A stretch of DNA of 64,000 bases from Schmidtea polychroa (Eukaryota), in NCBI GenBank assembly GCA_044892525.1, contig CM097885.1, positions 12,836,001-12,900,000 on the forward strand, read 5' to 3'. Shown here piece after piece: positions 37,460-49,958 of the stretch. A program made the position numbers and the translations under genes. Position 1 is the stretch's first letter, and the number at the start of each line of letters is the position of its first letter. The notes beneath the pieces were generated by a model. That model saw nothing but the letters and a program-made list of their open reading frames with translations, searched no databases and was not told the origin of the DNA.

Positions 37460-37729
37460 ATGGATGAGTTAAAAGAAAGAATGAGAAATGAATTGAATGA
37501 AGTTAAACATAAGAGAATGAAAAGAAGAGAAGAAGAACCATTAGAATACATCAAAGAGTTGATGGTAGATAATGAAAAGTATCGACATTTTTATATGAAG
37601 GCTGTAGATGTTGCTGATATAAGATTGAAGAAAATGAAACAATTACAGGAAAGAGTTAAAGAAATTGAATCGATTATTTATAGTCTAAAAAATGACAAAA
37701 ATCCAAACCTAGATAGCGCAGTGGGCTAG
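37460..37729 (+). CDS. Small charged coiled-coil hypothetical protein of Polinton
   Basis: 89 aa ORF with the same TATAAAAATG start context as other element genes. It ends inside the inner TIR segment. Confidence 0.5.
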   Translation: MDELKERMRNELNEVKHKRMKRREEEPLEYIKELMVDNEKYRHFYMKAVDVADIRLKKMKQLQERVKEIESIIYSLKNDKNPNLDSAVG

Positions 37730-37825
37730 ACCGGCACAGTGGTTCAAATAGTTTTTTTTCAACATAAAATAATATTAAAAATTTGAAAATAATATTGAAA
37801 ATGGTGTGGGTATCTTAGATTTATA
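37686..37825 (-). repeat. Right inner inverted-repeat segment of Polinton
   Basis: Reverse complement of 24616-24768. Confidence 0.9.
37707..37759 (+). ncRNA. tRNA-like Pol III unit 3 in right inner TIR segment
   Basis: A box TAGCGCAGTGG 37714-37724, GGTTCAAAT 37741-37749 and T8 run 37752-37759. Confidence 0.5.
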
Positions 37826-37916
37826 TTTTATTTTATTTTATTTATTTTTATTTATTTTATTTATTTTATTTTATTTTATTTTTTAAACATAAATATGAAA
37901 AAAAAATATTGAAACG

Positions 37917-38277
37917 GGTGTGGTGGCGAACCGGTAATTATCGCCACCAGTCTTTCGAACACCCCCGGATCGATTCCATAATGTGCACATTTATTTCTCA
38001 GTTGTTTTCGGACCTCTTTCGGATTCACTTTCGAATTCATTTGTACTTTCGAGCAGCACACTTAAAACGCCGATGAAATCGTATTCGAGCGAGAAGCGAA
38101 TAATAAGGTGTGCTGCTATTATCGGATTGATTCTGATGTATGAGTCTGGCCAGCTTGTATATTAGAAGAGATTTGATAAACGAAAGAGGTTGAAATGATC
38201 CGGATCAAAAAAACTGTTGAGGGGACAGTGAAAAAAAAAAAATACCACTGTCCCCTCAGAGCAGTTTTACTATTTTT
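37917..38277 (+). ncRNA. Candidate ~360 nt structured Pol III RNA (VA-RNA/TMER-like)
   Basis: A-box-like TGGCGAACCGG 37924-37934 and B box GGATCGATTCC 37967-37977. GC-rich island with multiple nested 7-13 bp perfect helices, ending at T4/T5 runs 38265-38277. Confidence 0.55.
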
Positions 38278-38447
38278 CATTTATTTTTTAATTTATATAA
38301 TTTAAAATCAATAATCTGATAAAGATCAACTCCGGAGTTTGATTGCGATCAAAAGTAGTGTGTATATAGCCCTATCCCAAATAGCCCTCTAACTTTTTCA
38401 TAATGCCATTTTCTTTTTTATTCTCTTTTTAGTTTGAGGCTTTAAAG

Positions 38448-38590
38448 ATTAAGGGTGGTTGTTTTCAAAAATATAGGGTTAAAATACTATAAAAGTATAA
38501 GTTTTAGGTTGTTTTTCTAATGGTTTAAGCGTAATGGAGGTATGTTTTTGTTGGGAGGGTTGTTTGGGTTAGGGCTATATACACACTACT
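38448..38590 (-). repeat. Right outer terminal inverted repeat of Polinton
   Basis: Exact reverse complement of 24461-24603. Confidence 0.97.
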
Positions 38591-38994
38591 GAAAAGTATT
38601 AGAAATATAAAACGACACATAAACCTTCCATAGGAAATCATATTTATATTTTATATAAAAATAGGAAATTTGTTGATTCAATGCTTTTTATAAAATATTT
38701 GAATATAAACTTATATAAACATATATTTACATCTAATCCATTACTAAATTGTTAACGTTTTCTGTGATATTTAAATAAAATAAAAAATTGAAGTAAATTT
38801 AAATAAAATAATGCTATTATAAAATTATGGAAAAATCAAAAAATCAAAATTAAATTAATTAAACTAACTTTTTCCCTTTGATTGAAAGACTTTAAAAATT
38901 TTTAATGTATTTTTTATCAGTCATGTCAAACAAATTTTTGTTTATCTTATTAATTTACTTAAAGATAAAAACTTTTTAAAATGTATATTATTAT

Positions 38995-39177
<183 letters not shown>

Positions 39178-39450
39178 TTTGTATCATTATATTTGAAATG
39201 ATTAATTATATTTCCAAGTAACAAAAATTTTGACAAGAAAAAATAAATTCGTTTAAAAATCTGTTCGTATGGGATCCGTAATAGGGAAAGGATGAGTAAA
39301 AAAAAATTTCCCTGTAGTCGTTGTAATATAATTTTACATGAACTCAGAGATAAAATTTATTACGCTGAAGAATTCAATGCATTTGCACGATATTGTTACA
39401 AACATGTTCTCATGAAAGAAATTTAATGAAAAACGTCCATTTATTCATAG

Positions 39451-39550
<100 letters not shown>

Positions 39551-42500
39551 AAAGAGAATTTGGAGACTATAAATCAGTAATATATCGATGTTTGTTGATA
39601 CTCACGAATTTTTGTAACTGCCTTTTTCAAGTGAATTTAAAGTTAAATAGTCTTCAAACTCTCTTTTTAATATATTCAATGAAAAAAGTAATCAGTTGTG
39701 AAATTGGAAGAAATAAAAGTTCTTATAATATATATGATGTGTAAATGTGTTAACGTTAGTCAAATGCGTTTAGCCTCTATTTTTTATATCACGTTAAATA
39801 GCATTGATGTTTTTGTAACCTCTGATTGTAAATATGTATTTTATGAAAGAAATTATTTACATTCATCATTGCAATTCTCGGATAAATCTGGCAGTTGTTT
39901 TTTTCAGTTCCTTTTTGCTTTAAAGAATTTTTCTACATTTTCTCATAATTCCACATAATTTAACAAACTATCATGATAGAAATTGAAAAAGCACAAAATA
40001 TTTACATTCATTTATTTTCTTATGACTTAAATAACCCTATCCCACCACTCACTGACTCTATTGATAAGGTACGTCGGTTGCTTAATCGTGATTAAGATTT
40101 CTAGCTTGAAAATCATTGTAAAGATAAATAACAATAATCCTTTAGCATATGTGATTAAACTATGTAATTTTATTAAGAAAATAATTGTCATTATTGTCTA
40201 GACAGAATACTTGTGATACTTGCGAAACCATACAGACCTTGTAAAGATTGTTTTTGTCAATGCTGAAAATTACAAGATGAAACAATAATATATGTCTATT
40301 AGCAAAATGTATAAATCTCTCGTAACAAATTGAAATAATGGTTATCTAGAAGAAATAGTTAAGGAACCTCAAAACCCTGAACTGATAGTTGTTGTCTTTT
40401 GTTATCTTTTGTCATATTCTACTGAACGCATCGATCTAATCATAACTAATATAGAAATAAAAACTAATATACTTATTGTCATTAAATATCCGACACATTT
40501 CACCCTAAAATTTGAGTTACTAGATAATCTTAATGTTCGAAAGTATTTTACCCTAAAAAGAGATCGAATCTAACTACAAGGTTGAACATAATACACTTAA
40601 TTTGTTACTTATTGAAGATTTTACACTACTTCCAAATTCAATCTGTTATATGTATAAATATGTATAATGTGCCTGATGCAAGCACACACACTTGTTAGTG
40701 GAATACAGTCAATTTCACTGGAATGATACATCCGGATCTAACTCCACTTACTAAAATTACTGACAAAATTTCACACACTTTAAAGCTATTTGTGCGTTTA
40801 AAACTACAGAATTTCATGTGAGTGTGAGGTACAAATTATTCGCTAGTAGCAAATTCAATTTGATAACGGTTTATTATAGAACCTTTATTGAATGTCTGAA
40901 GGTCTATTTTACCTCATTGTAAATCTATACTTTTTAAATGATCTTTTTTGACATTATTTTCATCAATTGTTGGAAAATATATAATATCAACTCAACATCA
41001 AATGAAATGAAATTTAATATAATAAATAATATAATAAAAAGAACCCAAATGCAATACAATTCATTATAATTAGCATTATTCATGAAAAATACTTTGTTAT
41101 TTCTTTGGATACTTTTAAACTAATACATAAATTGCTAATCTGCTTCCGAGTGATAACATGGGCAATAGTGATGAAATGGAGTATGAGGCAGACACAAATT
41201 ATTATAAAGACACAGGAAATATTGAAAGGATTATAATCTTTAACCAAATGATGGATAGATTTCTTGCAGAAGTAAGACGATTACAGTCGTTGATCTCATT
41301 GAAGTTATAAAGAATCAGGAGCACGGATGAGCTTCCTAAATATTTCTGATAATATTGGTCATATTTGTAAAAAAAACGAATTTATAAACGTACATTCATG
41401 TATATTAATATTGTTAATGTCTATCACTAATCCTTGAATTCAAAATGTATTTCTGTTCTTGACAATGTTGTTTCAATCTAATATTTGCATATCAAATGTT
41501 TTTCTTGTTTAAGTATTTTTCAAAATAGTTTGTACTCCAAATATACTGAATGCAAACTGAGTAATCCATTATATTAGCAGAAGATTTTACATTATTCATA
41601 AATCATTTCAAAACTATATTATTAAAACAAAAACATTTTTCCAATATAATATATGTGGAGAATTTAACTAAATATAAATAATATGCCGAGCAATGTGATT
41701 ATAAAATTTCAACATACCACAAACATACGAATATATAATAATATTTTTAAATACATCTTAGAAATTATTTGTTGACAACTTATGAAACTACCAAGGTTAG
41801 TAATTCCAACATTTGGAAATTTGTGTTCCTCCAGTAATGGGACTTATTGGGGTGTAGCATTAATTACCTTAGTTCAATGAATCATATCTAGATTCGGTGT
41901 TTGATAGACATATTGTCTGAAACATTTGATAGAACGTATTTCCAAATTCGTTTTAATCTAATGGTATTTCTTCCTGACTACATTTGACATTATTTATGTA
42001 TTATTTATAACTATCTACATTTAAACTATATACATCTAAAATGTTCTGTACCAGATTTTCGTACACATATGGCACATATATACTTTTTAAAATTATATAT
42101 ACTATTTAAAATCACACCGTGTCTTATTAAAAAAAGTCTTTAAATTGGCTATATGAATTAAAAATATATTAAGATAGTGATTAATTCTGACTAGTCGCAT
42201 TTGTGTGCGCAAATATATGTATGTTGTCTATCATTATTATCAATTCTTTAATAACATATTTAATAACAAATGTAAATAGAAATGGAAAACGCATGCGAAA
42301 TACACGGACCATAAAAAAATCAATATATTTATTGTAACGTTTGCCAAAATTTAATGAATGAAATTATCTAAATTATTAACTGGAAAAGATTAACAACAAA
42401 GTCCTCAGGAAAATAAGATATAATAAACAGCGGCATTGACTGTGTAAAAAAGCGACGCCCACAAGGAAAAATCCTGAGTGCACGACTGAATAAGACTATA

Positions 42501-43983
42501 TATAGCAGGGCTGGCCAACAAGTCGATCTCTCGCAATTTGTGTTAGGGATATTTAAATAATTAATTTATAAATAAAATATATATTGTATTATAAGTATCA
42601 AATACTATTATATAGTAAAAGTATAATAAGTATAAATGCTGGCAATCATAATTATCATTGTTATTAAATTAATTAATTCGCCATTAAAATCGGTTGTTTT
42701 AATATTACCAGATTTAGGCAACAATTTGTAATTAAATATATTTTTAGAAAAGTAAGCTTTTATTATTAACAATTTGGATTCCAGTATACCCATGAATATG
42801 AGTAGTAAACCGAAGAAATCTAAAACTTATAACTTCAATGAAGAGATTTCTTTTTTACAATGGTGAATGATAAATGCTGTTATTTAATACGCCTTACCTC
42901 GGTAGCCATTGTTAAGAATGGTAATCTGGAGAGACAATTACATAACAAGAATCAAACTGATTATCCATCAAATTCAGAACTGAGAAAAGATAAAGTTAAG
43001 GATCTTAAAACTCGATTAGCAAATCAACAAAGCGTTTTTAAAAAGCCAATGTAGATGTCACAAGCAGTAACTACTGCATCATTTAAAGTAAGCTATCTCT
43101 TAGGCAAAAAATGCATTTTCCGACTGTGAATTTGTAAAGGAATTATTTTTGTAAATGTGGGATTCACTTTTTAACGATTTTAAGAACAAGAGTTAAATTG
43201 TTGCTGCAATTCAGGATCTACAATTGTCTCGAAACACAGTGGTGCGAAGAATTGAAATGATGAGTAGGAGTGTAAAAGAGCATTTAATTAAGGATATTAG
43301 TAGATGTTCTTGTTTTTCCATTCAGTGTGATGAATCGACAGATATAAGTGATACAACATAATTATTTATTTTCGTTCGTATGGTTTTTAAGGATTTTACA
43401 TCTAAAGAAGAATTGTTGGGTATGATTTCTTTGACGGAAAGGACTATAGGTGTCGACATATTCAAAGCCTTTAAAAACTTGATCCGTGATTTGGAAGTAC
43501 CACTTTCCAAATTAGTCTCAATAACAACGGATGTTGCAGCTGCAATGATAGGTTGCAAAAATGGATTTATAGTCCTATGTCGAGCTGAAGATGTATTCCC
43601 AGGCTTTTTGAGCTATCACTGCATAATTCACCAGCAAGTGTTAGCTAGTAAGAGACCAAACACAATAGAGGTAATGTACGTAGCATTTAAAATTGTTAAT
43701 TCAATTCGAGGAAGTTCCCTCAAAAGACGTCTCTCCGAACTGCAGCTCGATGAAGGCCAACCTGAATTATTACTACATAACGATATCAGATGGCTAAGCA
43801 GAGGTAAATTTCTGCAGCGATTTCGTGATTTATTGCCCGAAATTATGGGTTTTCTTCACGAACAAGATGAAAACTGTGAAAATTTAAAGGATAAAACTTG
43901 GTTTGGTGACTTGGCATTTATTACCGATTTTACTTCAATATTAAGTCATTTAAATTTAGAATTACAAGGTAAATTAAACAGTA

Positions 43984-44822
43984 TGTCGTAGTTTGCTCCT
44001 TCTTGATTGATGAAGGACTTTCTTTGACCTTTTCATTAAAAGAATCCGCTTTTAGATTATTAAAATATTGGCAGCTGAGCATATCATGAAATTATCAGCC
44101 CATCATTGTTTCTGGATAGCTTTTCTGCATTTGATATTTCAATGTAAATATTAGAAAGAGAATGGTGCATGACCTTTGCATTTGTTAGCGTGTCAGGGAT
44201 TAGTTGATTATTGATAAACGTTAGAACAATGCAAGATAACATAATAACAGAAATTATTCCTAATACAACTTTATCTTTACCACCTGTGAAACACCTGTGA
44301 AACACCTGTGAAATGAGTTACAGCTTAATGAGAAGAAACGGTATTTTGCATTAAAGGCGCATATTTAGTTCCAGCAGATTTATAAATTAATGAAGATTCG
44401 ACGGAAAGTTCGCCTTCAACTGAACTATTGATTGGAACAACAATTGCATCGCATTGTAATTTATAAACATCTCCAGACCAAAATATAATTCTTCTGTTAA
44501 TATCAGGTAGAAATAAATCGTCAACATAATTGTATTGAATAAAAATGTCATAAGTAATATTAATAAAGAAATGCAGGTCAATATTTTCCAGATTTTCATT
44601 CTTATTTGAAATACTCCTTGAGAAAAGTAATTCTATCGGAATATTCCGTGAACCAATCATTGATAATATAATTCATAATTAATTATTAAAAAAAATAGCA
44701 AGATCACTATAATTTGTATTTTAGCATAAAAAACTGCATAATCAAACAAATGATTTTTTTCATAATAACATAAATGTTTTTTATACAATTTAAAGTTTTT
44801 GATATTTGATTAACTCACTACA
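43984..44822 (-). mobile_element. TGT...ACA-bounded insertion with 5 bp TSD (solo LTR or Ginger-like non-autonomous element)
   Basis: CAGTA duplicated at 43979-43983 and 44823-44827. Ends are TGTCGTAG / CTCACTACA, and the transposase sequence resumes directly after it. Confidence 0.75.
44325..44660 (-). pseudogene. Captured GDAP2-like macro-domain N-terminal fragment
   Basis: DINRRIIFWSGDVYKLQCDAIVVPINSS...LIYKSAG matches the start of a macro domain (W.GD...L..DAIV...AG). A CFTG-coding 11-mer follows, tandemly triplicated at ~44281-44313. Confidence 0.6.
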
Positions 44823-45250
44823 CAGTAATTGATATGATCAGCTACATAGACGCATTTAACAAATTTTATATTGCTAATAGAAGATCTGCAACAAAATAAT
44901 TTGAATCATTTTCCAACCATGGCGGATAACCTACAAAAACATGAAAATATTAAGTATAAGATCGACAAATATGTCACGGAAATCCAAAAAGTAATTGATG
45001 ATTTTGAAGTAAGATTCCAGGATTTTGAAAAAATTAAATAGTGGAATTTATATCTTTTCCTTTTAAAAAATATTTAAGTGTGAAACGCATTAGCCAAAAA
45101 ATTTCAGATATATTTCATATGAATCAAAAGGCATTAGAAAATGAAATTATAATTTTGCAAACTGACCAAAACCTACAAGCCAGAAAATCTGAAGAAGATT
45201 TTTGGAAATATGTCAGCCGAGAAAAATATCCCAATGTCACCAAATGTAGC

Positions 45251-45314
<64 letters not shown>

Positions 45315-47043
45315 TTGTTTCGGATCTACATACCTTTGCGAATCGGCATTTTCATACTTGAAGCTAACGAAGACTAAACAACGTTCTGTCCTTACTGATT
45401 CCCATACAGAAGACTCATTAATAATATCTTTGTCGGGATATACACCTGATTATGATTCCTTGGTTAGAGACATGCAAACTCAGTCTTCCCATTAATGTTG
45501 AGGGAACAAAGTATCTGTATTTAACTGTGGCTACTTTGAATTAATAAATATTGTTAATATTATTCTTTTAATTCCCCTAGACGTGAGTATTTAGAGCTTT
45601 AAATACTTATTGTTGATGTTTTTTTTACGTAGGTAGATAAGTACAATAAGCCCAATCTATATTTCAGTACTAGATGCACTTACGAGATTTTTTATATTTA
45701 CGAACAAATATTACAATAACTATACATTGCAGTTGATAAAAAAAATAAATTGCATTTTAAGTTAGTAAAGATATATCTCGAAAAAGTGTTGTAAAATCAA
45801 ATATAGGAATATAATAATAATTTTATAGAGATAATATGTTGAATATATTTAGGAGAAAATAATTTATTTTTTATAAAATAGATATTGAAAGATTTTGGAG
45901 AATATTTGGGCAAATTGGTGAGAGGAAACTTAATAATACCTAATAATGAAACAGATGGGAGTTTGAATATATTTGTGTCCATTATGTTTGGATATTTCTA
46001 ACACTTTTGTCATTTTGAAAAGTCTTTCAATAATTTGATTTAGATATCATTGCTTATCTCTTTGAATCTTTTGTTTAAGACGTTGATTCTTTCATTTTAG
46101 AATTTGATGGGAATAATAAGACATCAAAGAAAATATCAATCTTTGCGTTTCACTATCCAGTGTTAGATTCCTTGTTGAATATATTCCATTGAATATATTT
46201 TATTTCCAGACATATTGGAGTTTATTTTCCCGAAATACTTGTTTAGGAATAATAAATATTATATTATTATATAATTTACACTTTGGTCAATATAAGATGT
46301 TTTCCAACAATCTAACAAAGTCATGAATTTATTGAAATGAGAAAACATTATTTAATATTATTAAACAATCACTGTTAAAACAAAATACGATTATTCAAAT
46401 TATTTAGGCATAAATTTCAGTTTGAATGTTTTTTAATTGAGTTTAGGCGCCTTTAATAAAAAAACAAAATATTTCCCATTGAATTTCATTTAGTCATTTA
46501 TTTCAATTGATCTCAATAAATATTCCAGGAAAAATATTTCTAGAATGAAAAATATTTTTTTACAATAAAAAATTAATTTATTCAGCAAATAACCAAAAGT
46601 TACAATATCAAAAGCATTATGAAAAGAAATTAAAAAAATTTTTTTTTCGATTATTTTAAACAAAAAATGTTTTATTTTACAATTAATTCATTTTGTTTTC
46701 TAATTTATTTTTAATTTGAGAGAGATTACAATTTTATTGATTAAAATTATAATATAATTTTTCAGAAATTTTCTATTTTCATATTTCTATGAGATTTTAT
46801 CGGTTTATTTATTATATAGGGAAATATGAATTATTTTAAAATTAATACGAAAGAAAATTCATTTGATGATTGTTTGAAACGATATTAATTTATTTGCTAT
46901 TTGGTTTGAATGAATCACAATTATTTTTTTTAAATATTTTAATAGTCAATTTTCTTTATATTGATTGCAAAAAATTTTCAGTTTGTTTAAATATTTCCCA
47001 TTTTCCTTAATAAATACTTTGCAAATTTGTAGAATATCTCACT

Positions 47044-47194
<151 letters not shown>

Positions 47195-47874
47195 ATTTAT
47201 TTAAAAAATTTCGATATATGCGACTCTGATTTTTACAAAAAAAATCATGACATTTAAACTTTTAAAAACAAAGCTTTTTTTTGAAACTAAAAAACGAATT
47301 TATATAAACAAAAACCCAAATTAGTGATAATATTAACACCAAATTTAAACTATATATTTTTATTTAAATTTAAATTTCCTAAATTACAAATTGATTTTGT
47401 AAAAAAAATTTACCAATAATAATTTTTAAATTGTCAATTTTATTATATTAATTTTCAATAATTTAAATTTGAACGAATTTTTAATTCTATTTGAAACTAT
47501 TGCAATAAAATATTCTACATACAAATTTCATAAATTTTGATTTTTTTATCATTGATATTGCGATATCTATCTAATTTTGAGACTAACTATAGATGATAAA
47601 TCCATTACAGTCAGTGATTGGTATTTTTCATCAAGATGTTTTGGAAAGTCGAGCAATTCACGAAATTTTGTCCTTGATAATATTGATTATGGAATGTGAC
47701 TCCACGGTCAGATAATATGAGACTCACAAGTCTAATTGAAATACTATTTATTAATTTAATTATTAATTTATTTTATTTTATTCCTTGTCTGTACCATTAT
47801 TATTATTATTATTATTATTTACATAAATATATTAGAGAATTTATTATTTAAAATCAGTATTAGATTTATTTTAG

Positions 47875-48077
47875 TTAGACAAATCTTCATTGGCAATTCG
47901 ACTTGAGCCGGCTAATTGGCATATTATCCAAGCCATGGTCGATTTTATGCAGGCTTACAATTGGACTCAAGTTGCAACTATTGTCAGCAACAAAATCCCA
48001 AATCATCAGAATTTCATTAAGGAACTTCAACTTGCTCAAAAGGAACGAGGATTGATGAATAATGAGAAATTGTTTCG
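47875..48077 (+). CDS. NMDA-type receptor subunit, coding exon 2 (ATD)
   Basis: Acceptor TTTTAG|TTA in phase 0, matching exon 1. LAIRLEPANWHIIQAMVDFMQAYNWTQVATIVS...HQNF is a typical iGluR ATD segment. Donor CG|GTAATT, phase 2. Confidence 0.8.
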
Positions 48078-49958
48078 GTAATTTTAGTTGATTTGATAGT
48101 CATATTTCATTCATATTAATATTTCTTCAACTCTTATGTAAACTTTAAAAAACATGTTCCTAGCAAGATAACTTTTCTGTATTTTAAATTTCAAATATAA
48201 GCTATTAAAGATGTTGCACGTGTTGAATAGTGTTTATTTACGTTTTATTGATAGTACTATTTTAGTACTTTTCAAAGTAAGACTTTTGCAAAGTGTCTCC
48301 TTTTACTTTTTTATTCCAGTTTTGTGAATTATAATTTGTAATTGTTTTATATTCAAAATACATTACTAAAGCATTACAGAAATATATATATATATATATA
48401 TATATATATCCTTTACAAATCAGATTTTTTATAAGCAAAAAAATGTATATGGTACTCAATACATAAACATGGAAATAAAACCCATTTAAATTTATTAATC
48501 CCTTTCTAAATTACTTAAACAACTTTACTATCGTTGGGTAACAATTACAAAATCAACAAAATGTTGTCACGTGCCTGTGACATACAAATTATCCACTTAT
48601 TGCAGATTCAAATTGTATAGAGAAAGTAATACTTTTTATCATTACAAAACACAAAGAATAAATAAATTTGTGTTCCTACAAAAGGTCTGAAATTCTCAAC
48701 GGAAATGATTCGTAAAAATCTAATTTAAAATAAGACCTAAATATATCAATTTTTCCATTTAATTATTTTTGTTTTATCAATATGATTTTTTTTTCAAATA
48801 ACAATAAAAAAAAATATTGTGTGATCCAATACCTAATAAGCAATAATAATACCATATACACACATACAAATATAAGTACACATTTTTGGAAATCGAAATG
48901 AAATATTCTGCAAATTAAAACAAATTGTACAAAAATTAATTTTAAACATTTCCAATAATAATTAATAAAACATTCATAGACAAATTAATTCAATTAATAT
49001 TGATTAATAAATTAAATCAATTACTGAGCAAGTTAATTTAATCTAGATTGAATTGAACTGGATGTAACAGCAGTGGAAATTCTTTTTAGACAGAAATGGT
49101 TTCATAGAATTTCATTAAAATTAGTAGAGAACTTAATTGAACATTTTTTTGTAGAAAAAGATCAATTTAAATTGCAATAAAATTTTGCATCAATTATATA
49201 TAAAAATAAATATCATTATTTATTTCAATAAAGCAATACGACGTAATTGGTTTATATATCTCGTAGAATGACACATTTAATACAAAATTTGATTTCAAGT
49301 CATGCATGACTAATTTTGTAGATTTATTGATTATAATTCCATGGTTTTTGTTTCAAATTGGTTTGTTAGTTAAAACAAATATTCGATAATTACATTCTAG
49401 TAGTAGGTAAACAAATAAAAATTTATTTTCAGTGAAATTAAATTTTAAAAATATATAATAATAATTATTATTATAACAATTACTCACTTTTTTTGAGATA
49501 ACATTTATGTTAATTTTGCGAAATTTACCAAATATTTCTCTCATTATCAGAACGTATACTATACTTACCAGGTATTATGTTTTCCAAAAGAAATGATTTA
49601 TATCATCAACTAGATTTTTAATTAAGTATTAATTAGTATGTGTTTTAAATTACATGCTGATTAGTTAAAATTATCGGATTCAGATATTTAGATTAAAATT
49701 TTTCACTTTTATGTAACCCTGCCCTCTCCATCACTCTCAATACAATTGAATTTTAAAATTTCTGAATTTTAATTAATTCCTTATTTAAATTTTATTCCTG
49801 CACATTTTCACAACAATAATAAATTTTCTAATTCATTCCATGTTTTCGAAACATTGGTTAACATATATTCTTAGTCAATTTTTTAATAAATATATTGTCA
49901 ATTGAAAAAATATATATATTGTATTTATTAAAAAATTTATTTATGGATCACCACTGAA

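Larger units (their letters stand above)
24461..38590. mobile_element. Full-length Polinton/Maverick (adintovirus-type endogenous virus), 14,130 bp
   Basis: 5'-AGTAGT...ACTACT-3' ends, 143 bp identical TIRs, 6 bp TSD GAAAAG (24455-24460 and 38591-38596), and the full core gene set (pPolB, integrase, ATPase, protease, major and minor capsid). Confidence 0.97.
42506..45495 (+). mobile_element. Degenerate hAT (Charlie/GTF2IRD2-like) transposon interrupted by an 839 bp insertion and a (TA)n tract
   Basis: Left end CAGGGCTGGCCAAC. Transposase motifs SIQCDESTDISD, SITTD, HCIIHQ, RWLSRGKFLQRF, FGSTYLCESAFS and ..QSSH* (45495), with stops and frameshifts. Right TIR not recognisable. Confidence 0.85.

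Noticed and set aside
37915..37950. SRP/Alu-domain identity of GGGTGTGGTGGCG...GTAAT
   Set aside because: The resemblance is short and explained by the shared A box. I could not find an SRP S-domain motif; an Rfam search would decide.
37876..38165. Short ORFs 37876-38061 (-) and 37983-38165 (+)
   Set aside because: Non-ATG starts and no recognisable motifs. They are a by-product of the GC-rich structured island.
38132..38190. Hammerhead ribozyme in the Polinton structured region (CTGATGTATGA...CGAAA)
   Set aside because: The core is not CUGANGA and no stem II closes between the motifs.
41790..41830. USP-like Cys-box start (minus strand VGITNLG)
   Set aside because: No NTCY continuation or consistent exon was found, and the match is too short to support.
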